Below, piece after piece: positions 1 to 6,353 of a DNA stretch of 10,629 nucleotides; positions within the stretch are counted from its first letter, which is position 1; each line of letters opens with the position of its first letter. Source of the DNA: a virus (taxonomy: Duplodnaviria > Heunggongvirae > Uroviricota > Caudoviricetes); IMG/VR virus record IMGVR_UViG_2531839127_000027; one strand, 5' to 3'. A program made the position numbers and the translations under genes. Under the pieces are notes generated by a model, which worked only from the letters and a program-made list of their open reading frames with translations, was not told where the DNA came from and did not search any database.

Positions 1-69
1 TCACAAAAACGTAACCACACTGCCAATAGCCAGAGAAATATAATTTTTTTTGCGATTTTTTAGAACTGA

Positions 70-129
70 CACAACGTGAAACAACGAGACACCACGACGA
101 ACAACGGCGAACAATCTGGAACAAACTTG
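70..129. repeat. Six direct repeats with exact 10-bp phasing, core ACAAC (ACAAC/ACCAC/ACAAT/ACAAA); candidate protein-binding array
   Basis: Read directly: cores at 71, 81, 91, 101, 111, 121. About 280 bp upstream of alpA. Confidence 0.5.
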
Positions 130-340
130 ATTAACATCTGACTGACACCCTAAAAAGTTGATTTTCAGTCGTTTTACTGGCTTTTTGTACATTGGCGAAT
201 CACTCTTAAAAACATGTAAAAAAGGCGTAAAAACAGAATTTTATGCCTTTGCACCACAATGAATTAAAAGAGTTTTTATTCTCATTACCACACTTCTGTA
301 AAATGACCGCCGCCAGTGTTTGCCATTCCATAAACACCCT

Positions 341-380
341 GACACAATCCGACGCACCACAACACAATAGGACACCAAAT
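341..380. repeat. Four direct 10-bp-phased repeats (gACACAAnnn) immediately upstream of the alpA ribosome-binding site
   Basis: Read directly: gacacaatcc / gacgcaccac / aacacaatag / gacaccaaat at 341, 351, 361, 371. Core resembles the 70-129 array. Confidence 0.45.
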
Positions 381-410
381 AACTCTTTAAGAAATATCAA
401 AGGGGGAATT

Positions 411-599
411 GTGTTAAGCACAGATCGCTTTATACGTGAAAAAGAATGTCAGCAACTTACAGGCCTGAGCCGTTCATGTCGGTACCGCCTGGAAAAAACC
501 GGACAATTCCCATCACGGCGTAAGCTCGGCGGTCGTTCCGTTGGCTGGTCTTTATCCGAAGTTCTGGCATGGAAGGAAAGCTGCGAGGCAGTTCACTAA
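411..599 (+). CDS. alpA: AlpA/Vis-family phage transcriptional regulator / excisionase-like protein (63 aa from GTG 411)
   Basis: Translation ...DRFIREKECQQLTGLSRSCRYRLEKTGQFPSRRKLGGRSVGWSLSEVLAWKE matches the AlpA family HTH pattern. GTG at 411 follows AGGGGGAA with 4-nt spacing. The listed ORF runs from 243, but the upstream 56 codons look like non-coding leader. Confidence 0.8.
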   Translation: MLSTDRFIREKECQQLTGLSRSCRYRLEKTGQFPSRRKLGGRSVGWSLSEVLAWKESCEAVH

Positions 600-1013
600 T
601 CAGGCTGGCGGCACACAGCCGCCACCCATCCACTAATACAGAGATCTAACCATGAATACTGGATATTCTCCCGAACAAGGGCGGGGCTTCGTTCGTCCTG
701 AAAAACAGAATCTGCAAAATTTTGCCGAAATTATTCCGGTTATTTCCGGCCTTACTGGCGGGAGTGAAACCAATATTGTTAACGCCAGAGCGTTGCAGAT
801 GTTTGATGATAAAAAGGGAGTAAATTTAACTTACACCCCTGACGGCAATCAGAATATGAGCATTATCTCTGAGTCAGGTTTCTACAAACTAATAAAAACA
901 AAAAGCGCCCCGTTGCCGGAGCGCCTTTGTGAACAATTAACCTACTGCGCAAAAAATGAATCTGAGCAGTGGGATTATATCAACCGTGTGGCGAAGCGCC
1001 ACAATTGCCGGAT

Positions 1014-1048
1014 AACAGGCAAAACAAAGGCCACCCGCTACGGTGGCC
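1014..1048 (-). terminator. Candidate rho-independent terminator on the minus strand
   Basis: Perfect 7-bp stem GGCCACC (1029-1035) / GGTGGCC (1042-1048) with 6-nt loop. On the minus strand it is followed by a T-rich tract (complement of aacaggcaaaacaaa, 1014-1028). Confidence 0.35.
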
Positions 1049-1127
1049 CCTCGACACAAGCTACACGTTATCCCCAACGCATGAGCATCACCAACAATGC
1101 CACATTTGCGGCTGGTGGGCAATGTGA

Positions 1128-1316
1128 TCAGTCAGATTTGGTTCGTTCCAAGGTTTGCAACGAGAGCTTTTTCCTGTGCTCTTTAAGGAATTTCTCAAGA
1201 GCAAAAGCACATGGCGCGAATCTTTCTGATTCATGCTCTATCTTTCTGCGCCGTCTTTTCCGTGCCGGTGATAATGTTTTGGTCAATTCTTTATCGGTCA
1301 TTGTGTTGTCCTGCAT
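1128..1316 (-). CDS. Possible small basic protein (about 57-62 aa), downstream of the repressor candidate on the minus strand
   Basis: ORF MQDNTMTDKELTKTLSPARKRRRRKIEHESERF...; internal Met (MTDKEL) has an AGGA 8 nt upstream. Hydrophilic, plausible composition. No recognisable family. Confidence 0.25.
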   Translation of the reverse strand: MQDNTMTDKELTKTLSPARKRRRRKIEHESERFAPCAFALEKFLKEHRKKLSLQTLERTKSD

Positions 1317-1358
1317 AGCAATGCGCCGTAATACCTTACACCACGGCGCTGATGGTGA

Positions 1359-1664
1359 TTACTCTGGTTCTTTGGTCTTGCGACGCTGGAGTTCTTCGCG
1401 TGCAACGGTGACAAGCTGCCCGATTTCTTCCGCTGCTTTGATGCCGATTTGTTCGACCTTAGCCAGGGCATCCAGTGACGACACAAGGGGATTTTCTCCG
1501 CTGCCTTCTGCTTGGCGGCGGGCTATTTCTCCGCGCATGGCGGTTACGATAAATCCGGCATTGCTTTCGCCGTCCAGCTTAACGGATTCCATCCCTTGCA
1601 TAACATCTAGTGGGACTCTGACAGTTGTCAGTTGTGATTTTGCGTTTTTGTTAGCCGTTGCCAT
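1359..1664 (-). CDS. Putative ribbon-helix-helix (CopG/Arc-like) transcriptional repressor, 101 aa
   Basis: ATG at 1664 preceded on the minus strand by GGAG with 8-nt spacing. N-terminus QLTTVRVPLDVMQGMESVKL...SNAGFIVTAMRGEIARRQ fits a beta-strand/helix/helix RHH pattern. Divergent from the replication operon across an operator-bearing promoter region. Confidence 0.55.
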   Translation of the reverse strand: MATANKNAKSQLTTVRVPLDVMQGMESVKLDGESNAGFIVTAMRGEIARRQAEGSGENPLVSSLDALAKVEQIGIKAAEEIGQLVTVAREELQRRKTKEPE

Positions 1665-1685
1665 TTCTGAAACTCCTAATCATCG

Positions 1686-1763
1686 GTGTGTTTCAGTATA
1701 CACAAAAAAAGAAATACAAAAAGCCTTGACGTGTGTTTCATGCGCTCATAACATGAAACACAC
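1686..1763. promoter_or_regulatory. Operator region: perfect 12-bp inverted repeat GTGTGTTTCATG (1731-1742) / CATGAAACACAC (1752-1763) plus a third half-site GTGTGTTTCA (1686-1695)
   Basis: Read directly. The inverted repeat overlaps the spacer and -10 of the rightward promoter. The third half-site lies 45 bp upstream, next to a TATACT -10-like hexamer on the minus strand (complement of 1695-1700). Confidence 0.55.
1726..1754 (+). promoter_or_regulatory. Candidate sigma70 promoter for the rightward replication operon (TTGACG, 17-bp spacer, TAACAT)
   Basis: TTGACG at 1726-1731 and TAACAT at 1749-1754; about 100 bp upstream of the first operon ORF. Confidence 0.45.
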
Positions 1764-1861
1764 CAAAAGAATTGTTGAAATACAAAGAGCAACGCCCCGC
1801 AGTGCCGGAAACACATACGGGGCGTCTAACCACCAACGATAGCAAGATTATCGAGGCTGCT

Positions 1862-2068
1862 ATGAGAAATCATACCATACACCCGCAAGGGCGGGACTCG
1901 CACAACCTGAATAAATACATCTGGCGTTTTATCGCCCTGAGTACGGCACAACCGCGCGTGATTACCATTGAGGCCACCAGCGAACAGGAAGCCCGTCAGC
2001 AATCACCGGCTGGCTGCGTGATGGTATTCGCCGCCCGTATTCGTCAGGGGGTGCACCATGTGCAATAA
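1862..2068 (+). CDS. Small hypothetical protein (68 aa from ATG 1862); weak resemblance to Icd-like host cell division inhibitor family
   Basis: Listed ORF starts at 1772 (TTG, no RBS); the internal ATG at 1862 follows GAGG. Motifs YIWRFIAL...FAARIRQG recall Icd-like proteins from memory only. Confidence 0.45.
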   Translation: MRNHTIHPQGRDSHNLNKYIWRFIALSTAQPRVITIEATSEQEARQQSPAGCVMVFAARIRQGVHHVQ

Positions 2069-2297
2069 CACCCGTCCGGACGCAGCCGCCGAAGCAATCA
2101 AAACACTGATTGATGCGCTGATTGATATTTCATGCACGGCAGCAACCGCAGAAAAACACATTACCAGAGAGACGGAATATACAGGGGCAATAATCCCCCA
2201 TTCGCTGGCATACGCACAGATTACCGCTGATATGGCACTGAATGAGGCTAAAGCCATCCTGATTGCTGATTGTGAAAATGGGGGGGGTTATGCGTGA
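2058..2297 (+). CDS. Small hypothetical protein (79 aa)
   Basis: ATG 2058 preceded by AGGGGG; overlaps neighbours by a few codons, as in a translationally coupled operon. Confidence 0.45.
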   Translation: MCNNTRPDAAAEAIKTLIDALIDISCTAATAEKHITRETEYTGAIIPHSLAYAQITADMALNEAKAILIADCENGGGYA

Positions 2298-2523
2298 TGA
2301 TCGTTTTAATGCCCTGAAACAGGAATTTGATGGCGCACAGGAAGATACAGATATTGCGCTGTTATGTGTTGCTGACATGGTAAAAGCTGCATGTTTTTTA
2401 CTGGAAACCGCCGAACATTCAGGAACGGGTAGCGATATTCTCAATATTGCGTCGGACTATGCGGAATATGTGGCAGAGGCACGTTACAGAAGAAAATTAC
2501 CGGAGGATGTAAGCCATGCATAA
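2290..2523 (+). CDS. Small acidic hypothetical protein (about 77 aa; ORF track start 2263, preferred start 2290)
   Basis: ATG 2290 preceded by GGGGGGG; same strand and tight spacing with neighbours. Confidence 0.45.
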   Translation: MRDDRFNALKQEFDGAQEDTDIALLCVADMVKAACFLLETAEHSGTGSDILNIASDYAEYVAEARYRRKLPEDVSHA

Positions 2524-2716
2524 TCATGAATCGCACTTACCTGTCGTGCTGAATGTGCCGTCAGATTATACGGGGCGCGTTTTGATATTCCTGGATAAAG
2601 GGAAAGTGAAATCACAATGCCGTCTTAGAAATAATGAGGTTGTTGGTTCTCTGGCTTTTTTTTCTGAAGCCTGTATTCGTGCCGGAATAAAATCGGAATC
2701 ACTGACAGGAAAATAA
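2516..2716 (+). CDS. Small hypothetical protein (66 aa)
   Basis: ATG 2516 preceded by GGAGGA; overlaps the upstream ORF stop. Confidence 0.4.
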   Translation: MHNHESHLPVVLNVPSDYTGRVLIFLDKGKVKSQCRLRNNEVVGSLAFFSEACIRAGIKSESLTGK

Positions 2717-2720
2717 AACC

Positions 2721-3008
2721 ATGAAAAAGAAAATTTCTGGCTTTACTGCCAGCGGCCCCGCTCGGCCTGAAATCCGCCCCGGCGATATTTTCCGGGATAA
2801 CTACGGCGGCACGATAACGATAAAAGACGTGGAAGAACGGCGCATCACCTACCGTCGTGAAGGCTACGACTATGACTGCGTGATGCCTGTTTATCAGTTC
2901 CGGCGTGATTTTAAGCTGGTGGGCCATCGTAAAGCCGTAAATCAGAAACGTGCAGCAAGCTATATCCGCAAAATCCGTGAAATGCTGGTCGCAGGGGGTA
3001 AGAAATGA
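2721..3008 (+). CDS. Small hypothetical protein (95 aa), translationally coupled to the primase gene
   Basis: ATG 2721 preceded by AGGAAA; stop overlaps the primase start (ATGA at 3005-3008). Confidence 0.5.
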   Translation: MKKKISGFTASGPARPEIRPGDIFRDNYGGTITIKDVEERRITYRREGYDYDCVMPVYQFRRDFKLVGHRKAVNQKRAASYIRKIREMLVAGGKK

Positions 3009-4753
3009 AACTGGCACCGAACGTAAAAAAACAACCACGCGGAATAAAGCACAAAGAAACAGAGGTAATTATTTTCGCGGGTAGTGATGCGTGGGCACAT
3101 GCAAAACAGTGGCAGGAACAGGACGGCCCCGCATCCGGCGATAATGTGCCGCCTGTGTGGCTTGGGCCAAATCAGCTTGCTGAACTTGATGCGCTGAAAA
3201 TTGTTCCGGATGGAAAAAAACGCGTAAGGCTGTACCAGGCCGGAGAACTGGATTTAGTGGAGATCAAAAAGATTGGTCAGAAGCTGGCGGCGGCAGGCGT
3301 ACAGGACGCAAATTTTTACCCCGAAGGAATGCACCACCACGAGCGGCAGAACTGGCGGCGCTATCTGAGTGCTGAGTGTGAAAATATTGCCGCAGGGCTT
3401 ACCATGCCGGAACAGAAAAAAGCACAACTTTCACAGATGGCAGACAGTGAACGGGCACAGCTTCTTGCTTCCCGCTTTGATGGTGTCTGCGTCCATGCCG
3501 AAAGTGAAATCGTTCACGTATGGCGCGGCGGGGTATGGTGTCCGGTCAGCACAATGGAACTTAGCCGCGAAATGGTGGCGATCTATTCAGAGCACAGGGC
3601 CACTTTCAGCAAGCGCGTAATCAATAACGCCGTGGAAGCGTTAAAAGTTATTGCCGAACCAATGGGCGAGCCGTCCGGCGATTTGCTGCCGTTCGCCAAT
3701 GGTGCGCTTGACCTGAAAACGGGGGAATTTTCCCCGCACACGCCGGAGAACTGGATCACCACGCACAACGGCATTGAGTACACGCTACCAGCACCAGGGG
3801 AAAACATCCGCGATAACGCGCCAAACTTTCATAAATGGCTTGAGCACGCAGCCGGAAAAGACCCGCGCAAGATGATGCGTATATGTGCCGCGCTGTACAT
3901 GATTATGGCGAACCGGTACGACTGGCAGATGTTTATTGAGGCCACCGGAGACGGCGGTAGCGGTAAAAGTACATTCACACACATAGCCAGCCTTCTGGCA
4001 GGGAAACAGAACACGGTAAGCGCTGAAATGACATCGCTTGATGATGCTGGTGGACGTGCGCAGGTTGTCGGGAGTCGTCTTATCGTCCTGGCTGACCAGC
4101 CGAAATATACAGGCGAAGGAACGGGCATCAAGAAAATCACAGGCGGCGACCCCGTGGAAATTAACCCGAAATATGAAAAGCGTTTCACGGCGGTAATCAG
4201 GGCGGTGGTGCTGGCGACCAACAACAACCCGATGATATTCACCGAACGGGCCGGAGGGGTGGCACGTCGTCGCGTGATTTTCCGTTTCGACAATATCGTC
4301 AGTGAGGCCGAAAAAGACAGGGAGCTACCGGAAAAGATTGCGGCTGAAATCCCCGTTATTATCCGCCGATTGCTGGCGAACTTTACCGACCCTGAGAAGG
4401 CACGGGCTTTACTACTGGAACAGCGTGACGGTGATGAAGCACTGGCGATAAAGCAGCAAACGGATCCAGTTATTGAGTTTTGCCAGTTCCTGAATTTTCT
4501 GGAGGAAGCGCGTGGCCTGATGATGGGCGGCGGTGGTGATTCCGTGAAGTACACAACCAGGAACAGCCTTTACCGTGTCTATCTGGCGTTTATGGCTTAC
4601 GCAGGCAGGACCAAACCGCTGAACGTAAATGACTTTGGCAAGGCTATGAAGCCCGCCGCGAAAGTTTACGGACATGAATATATTACGCGAAAAGTTAAGG
4701 GGGTAACGCAGACTAACGCAATAACAACAGACGATTGCGAAGCGTTTTTATAA
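3005..4753 (+). CDS. Replication protein: SF3/D5-type NTPase primase-helicase (P4 alpha-like C-terminal region), 582 aa
   Basis: Walker A GDGGSGKST (encoded near 3949-3975), a hydrophobic strand ending in aspartate (LIVLAD) that could be a Walker B, and a later VVLATNNNP stretch. GGGGG RBS before ATG 3005. Followed by an iteron cluster. Confidence 0.85.
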   Translation: MKLAPNVKKQPRGIKHKETEVIIFAGSDAWAHAKQWQEQDGPASGDNVPPVWLGPNQLAELDALKIVPDGKKRVRLYQAGELDLVEIKKIGQKLAAAGVQDANFYPEGMHHHERQNWRRYLSAECENIAAGLTMPEQKKAQLSQMADSERAQLLASRFDGVCVHAESEIVHVWRGGVWCPVSTMELSREMVAIYSEHRATFSKRVINNAVEALKVIAEPMGEPSGDLLPFANGALDLKTGEFSPHTPENWITTHNGIEYTLPAPGENIRDNAPNFHKWLEHAAGKDPRKMMRICAALYMIMANRYDWQMFIEATGDGGSGKSTFTHIASLLAGKQNTVSAEMTSLDDAGGRAQVVGSRLIVLADQPKYTGEGTGIKKITGGDPVEINPKYEKRFTAVIRAVVLATNNNPMIFTERAGGVARRRVIFRFDNIVSEAEKDRELPEKIAAEIPVIIRRLLANFTDPEKARALLLEQRDGDEALAIKQQTDPVIEFCQFLNFLEEARGLMMGGGGDSVKYTTRNSLYRVYLAFMAYAGRTKPLNVNDFGKAMKPAAKVYGHEYITRKVKGVTQTNAITTDDCEAFL

Positions 4754-4766
4754 TTTTTTGCAATGG

Positions 4767-4994
4767 CTGTCTACCCTGTCTACCTGGGTAAAGGAAAATA
4801 CATTTAATTCAGTATATTAACTTAGGTAGACAGCCTTTTTTCACTATCTACCTACTATCTACCCTCTCTACCTGATTTTACCTGAATCAGACAGGGAGGT
4901 AGATACGGGGTAGATAGTGGATAAAAGCACTCTACCCCGATGAAAGCCGCGCCATTACTGGCATTGGGGCCAGCAAGGTAGATAAGGTAGACAA
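4767..4994. repeat. Iteron cluster, candidate origin of replication: 11 copies of TCTACC / GGTAGA in both orientations around an AT-rich core (4791-4823)
   Basis: Read directly: TCTACC at 4770, 4779, 4847, 4857, 4867, 4931; GGTAGA at 4825, 4898, 4909, 4977, 4987. Immediately downstream of the primase-helicase gene. Confidence 0.55.
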
Positions 4995-5042
4995 GGGGAG
5001 GTACAACTCAAAACTTTTTAAACGAGGGGGGTAAAAATAAAA

Positions 5043-5300
5043 ATGCACACATCAGGAAAATTTAACAATCAGAAGAAACCACATAACCGCGCCATTGACC
5101 TTACAGAGCACTGGCTGAGGATGGCGATAAAAATCATCGACCGCAACACGGGAGAGGGATACGCGAAAGCACATCCCGAACTGATAAGCGCATTCATGAC
5201 CACAGCGGCGGCAAACTTTGCCACGCTGACAGATCGGGAGATTGCCGAAGCGGAACAGGTGACAACCATCAACGTTAAAACCGGAGAGCATACAGCATGA
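5043..5300 (+). CDS. Hypothetical protein (85 aa), coupled to the downstream ssb-like gene
   Basis: ATG 5043 follows GAGGGGGG (12-nt spacing); stop overlaps the ssb start (ATGA at 5297-5300). Confidence 0.45.
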   Translation: MHTSGKFNNQKKPHNRAIDLTEHWLRMAIKIIDRNTGEGYAKAHPELISAFMTTAAANFATLTDREIAEAEQVTTINVKTGEHTA

Positions 5301-5719
5301 CAGCACAGATAGCGGCTTACGGGCGGCTGGTGGCTGACCCGCAGTTAAAGACCACCAGCAAGGGCACAACAATGGCGATGGCGAGTATGGCGGTTTCCCT
5401 GCCGTGCAGCCAGGCAGATGACGGAACGGCGACGATGTGGTTATCCGTCCTGGCGTTTGGCAGACAGGCCGACGCACTGGCCAGACACCATAAAGGCGAA
5501 CTGGTGAGCGTGGCGGGTAACATGCAGGTAAGCCAGTGGACAGGCCAGAACGGCGAAACGCGGCAGGGCTGGCAGGTCATCGCAGACAGCGTAATCAGTG
5601 CGAGAACGGCGCGACCGGGCGGCAAAAAAGGCCAGCAGGGCCAGGCTACTGACGCGCTGAACAGGGCAAAACAACAGGCGGGAAATGATGATCCGTACGG
5701 GGATAACATACCGTTTTAA
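5297..5719 (+). CDS. Single-stranded DNA-binding protein homolog (OB fold) with SSB-type C-terminal tip ending IPF, 140 aa
   Basis: By-eye alignment to E. coli SSB: GRLVADPQ / GNLGQDP, WLSVLAFGRQADAL / WHRVVLFGKLAEVA, KGELVSVAGNMQVSQWTGQNGETR / [24 protein letters not shown]. C-terminus DDPYGDNIPF resembles the SSB acidic tail DFDDDIPF. GGAGAG RBS. Confidence 0.75.
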   Translation: MTAQIAAYGRLVADPQLKTTSKGTTMAMASMAVSLPCSQADDGTATMWLSVLAFGRQADALARHHKGELVSVAGNMQVSQWTGQNGETRQGWQVIADSVISARTARPGGKKGQQGQATDALNRAKQQAGNDDPYGDNIPF

Positions 5720-5734
5720 GCAACGAGTGACAGA

Positions 5735-5757
5735 AGCCGGAACAATCCGGCTTTTTT
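5735..5757 (+). terminator. Rho-independent terminator after ssb
   Basis: Stem AGCCGG (5735-5740) / CCGGCT (5747-5752), loop AACAAT, then a T6 run (5752-5757). Confidence 0.6.
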
Positions 5758-5832
5758 ACGGGTCCTCCCGATGGAGTGGCCTTGCCACGGGGCGGGAGCG
5801 GCGCGGAAAAAGGCTGGTTTTTGCATTTTCAT
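5752..5832 (+). repeat. Copy 1 of an 81-bp duplicated segment (77/81 identical to 8288-8368), starting at the terminator T-tract
   Basis: Read directly; contains ACGGGGCGGGAGCGGCGCGG, which resembles the lambda cos-junction sequence ACGGGGCGGCGACCTCGCGG as recalled. Confidence 0.7.
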
Positions 5833-6018
5833 GGCGGCGGCAGCATGTGTGATAATTTATTGATAATTAAAAATTATTTCTGTTTTCACCTGTACAATAT
5901 TTTTTTCTCCATGTCATTAGACCAGTTTGCAATTAATTGAAATATATAAATAAATTTGTTTTTCACCTGCCAGATGGAGTTGCCTGTGCAAAATGTGTTC
6001 AGATGGCGGGATATTTAT

Positions 6019-6041
6019 GCCGGATTCTCTCCGGCTTTTTT
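6019..6041 (+). terminator. Promoter-proximal intrinsic terminator in the leader of the capsid operon
   Basis: Stem GCCGGA (6019-6024) / TCCGGC (6030-6035), loop about 5 nt, then T6 (6036-6041). Lies about 100 bp upstream of the first ORF of the capsid operon. Confidence 0.5.
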
Positions 6042-6143
6042 GTGTCTGAATCTGATCAATCTATTTTTATGATAGAAATATGTTTATCTACCACTTTTAT
6101 CGATCAATAATGCGCGCAGTTTAGTCAGTAAGAGGAAGTTACT

Positions 6144-6353
6144 GTGAATTGTATTAACGACCTGAACACAGGCGAGGTAAAAGGTGGTTCCGTTCATCTG
6201 GATGCGCAGACCGTTATGCGCCTTAAGCAGTACAGGATCGACCACATAAATCATCATCCTGACCAACCATTACCAGGTGTGGCGCAGATTGTCAGACACG
6301 CAGTTAACGCGTGGCTTGATAAGAATGGTTTTGCATCTGGGGGTGAGCAATGA
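6144..6353 (+). CDS. Small protein (69 aa, GTG start), possibly ribbon-helix-helix-like; first gene of the capsid operon
   Basis: GTG 6144 preceded by AAGAGGA with 7-nt spacing. Stop overlaps the capsid gene start (ATGA at 6350-6353). Pattern SVHLDAQTVMRLKQY...AQIVRHAVNAWL is strand-helix-helix-like. Confidence 0.5.
   Translation: MNCINDLNTGEVKGGSVHLDAQTVMRLKQYRIDHINHHPDQPLPGVAQIVRHAVNAWLDKNGFASGGEQ

Larger units (their letters stand above)
652..1842 (+). pseudogene. Anomalous 396-codon open frame: N-terminal ~90 aa protein-like with a possible Bro-N-like motif (ISESGFYKLI); remainder looks like antisense shadow of minus-strand genes. Possible degenerate antirepressor gene
   Basis: First ~90 residues have balanced composition. 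After about residue 160 the translation is S/R/L/C-rich junk and runs antisense through the RBS-equipped minus-strand gene 1359-1664 and the promoter region. No stop in frame until 1842. Confidence 0.25.

Noticed and set aside
1-192. Minus-strand 63-aa ORF at the window start
   Set aside because: No RBS, low-complexity translation, and it lies over the phased-repeat array. More likely non-coding regulatory DNA between an upstream integrase and alpA.
243-410. N-terminal extension of the alpA ORF (ATG at 243)
   Set aside because: AlpA-family proteins are about 60-70 aa. The extension lacks an RBS and contains the phased repeats; GTG 411 has a strong AGGGGG RBS.
606-624. Perfect hairpin TGGCGGC-acaca-GCCGCCA just after alpA, as a possible terminator
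   Set aside because: No downstream U-tract, so not a canonical intrinsic terminator. It may be an RNA-stabilising stem or a protein-binding palindrome, but evidence is insufficient.
2003-3038. Minus-strand ORFs (84, 104, 137 aa) overlapping the small-ORF operon
   Set aside because: No RBSs and implausible composition; the plus-strand ORFs form a coherent coupled operon.
3829-4554. 241-aa minus-strand ORF inside the primase gene (also 3583-3807, 3785-3982, 4412-4675)
   Set aside because: P/S/R-rich low-complexity translations with no RBS, fully embedded antisense in a well-supported gene; typical shadow ORFs.
4767-4994. Repeat cluster as a possible CRISPR array
   Set aside because: Repeat units are only 6-9 bp, occur in both orientations with irregular spacing, and there are no spacers of uniform length; the structure is iteron-like.
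5052-5709. Minus-strand ORFs (141, 130, 77, 67 aa) antisense to the 85-aa ORF and ssb
   Set aside because: Antisense shadows with C/P/S/W-rich junk translations; the plus-strand genes have RBSs and recognisable homology.
5771-5870. Short ORF beginning inside the duplicated 81-bp segment (ATG 5771 in copy 1, GTG 8307 in copy 2)
   Set aside because: No RBS (preceded by CCTCCC), the start codon is not conserved between copies, and the downstream continuation differs; conservation is better explained at the DNA/RNA level.
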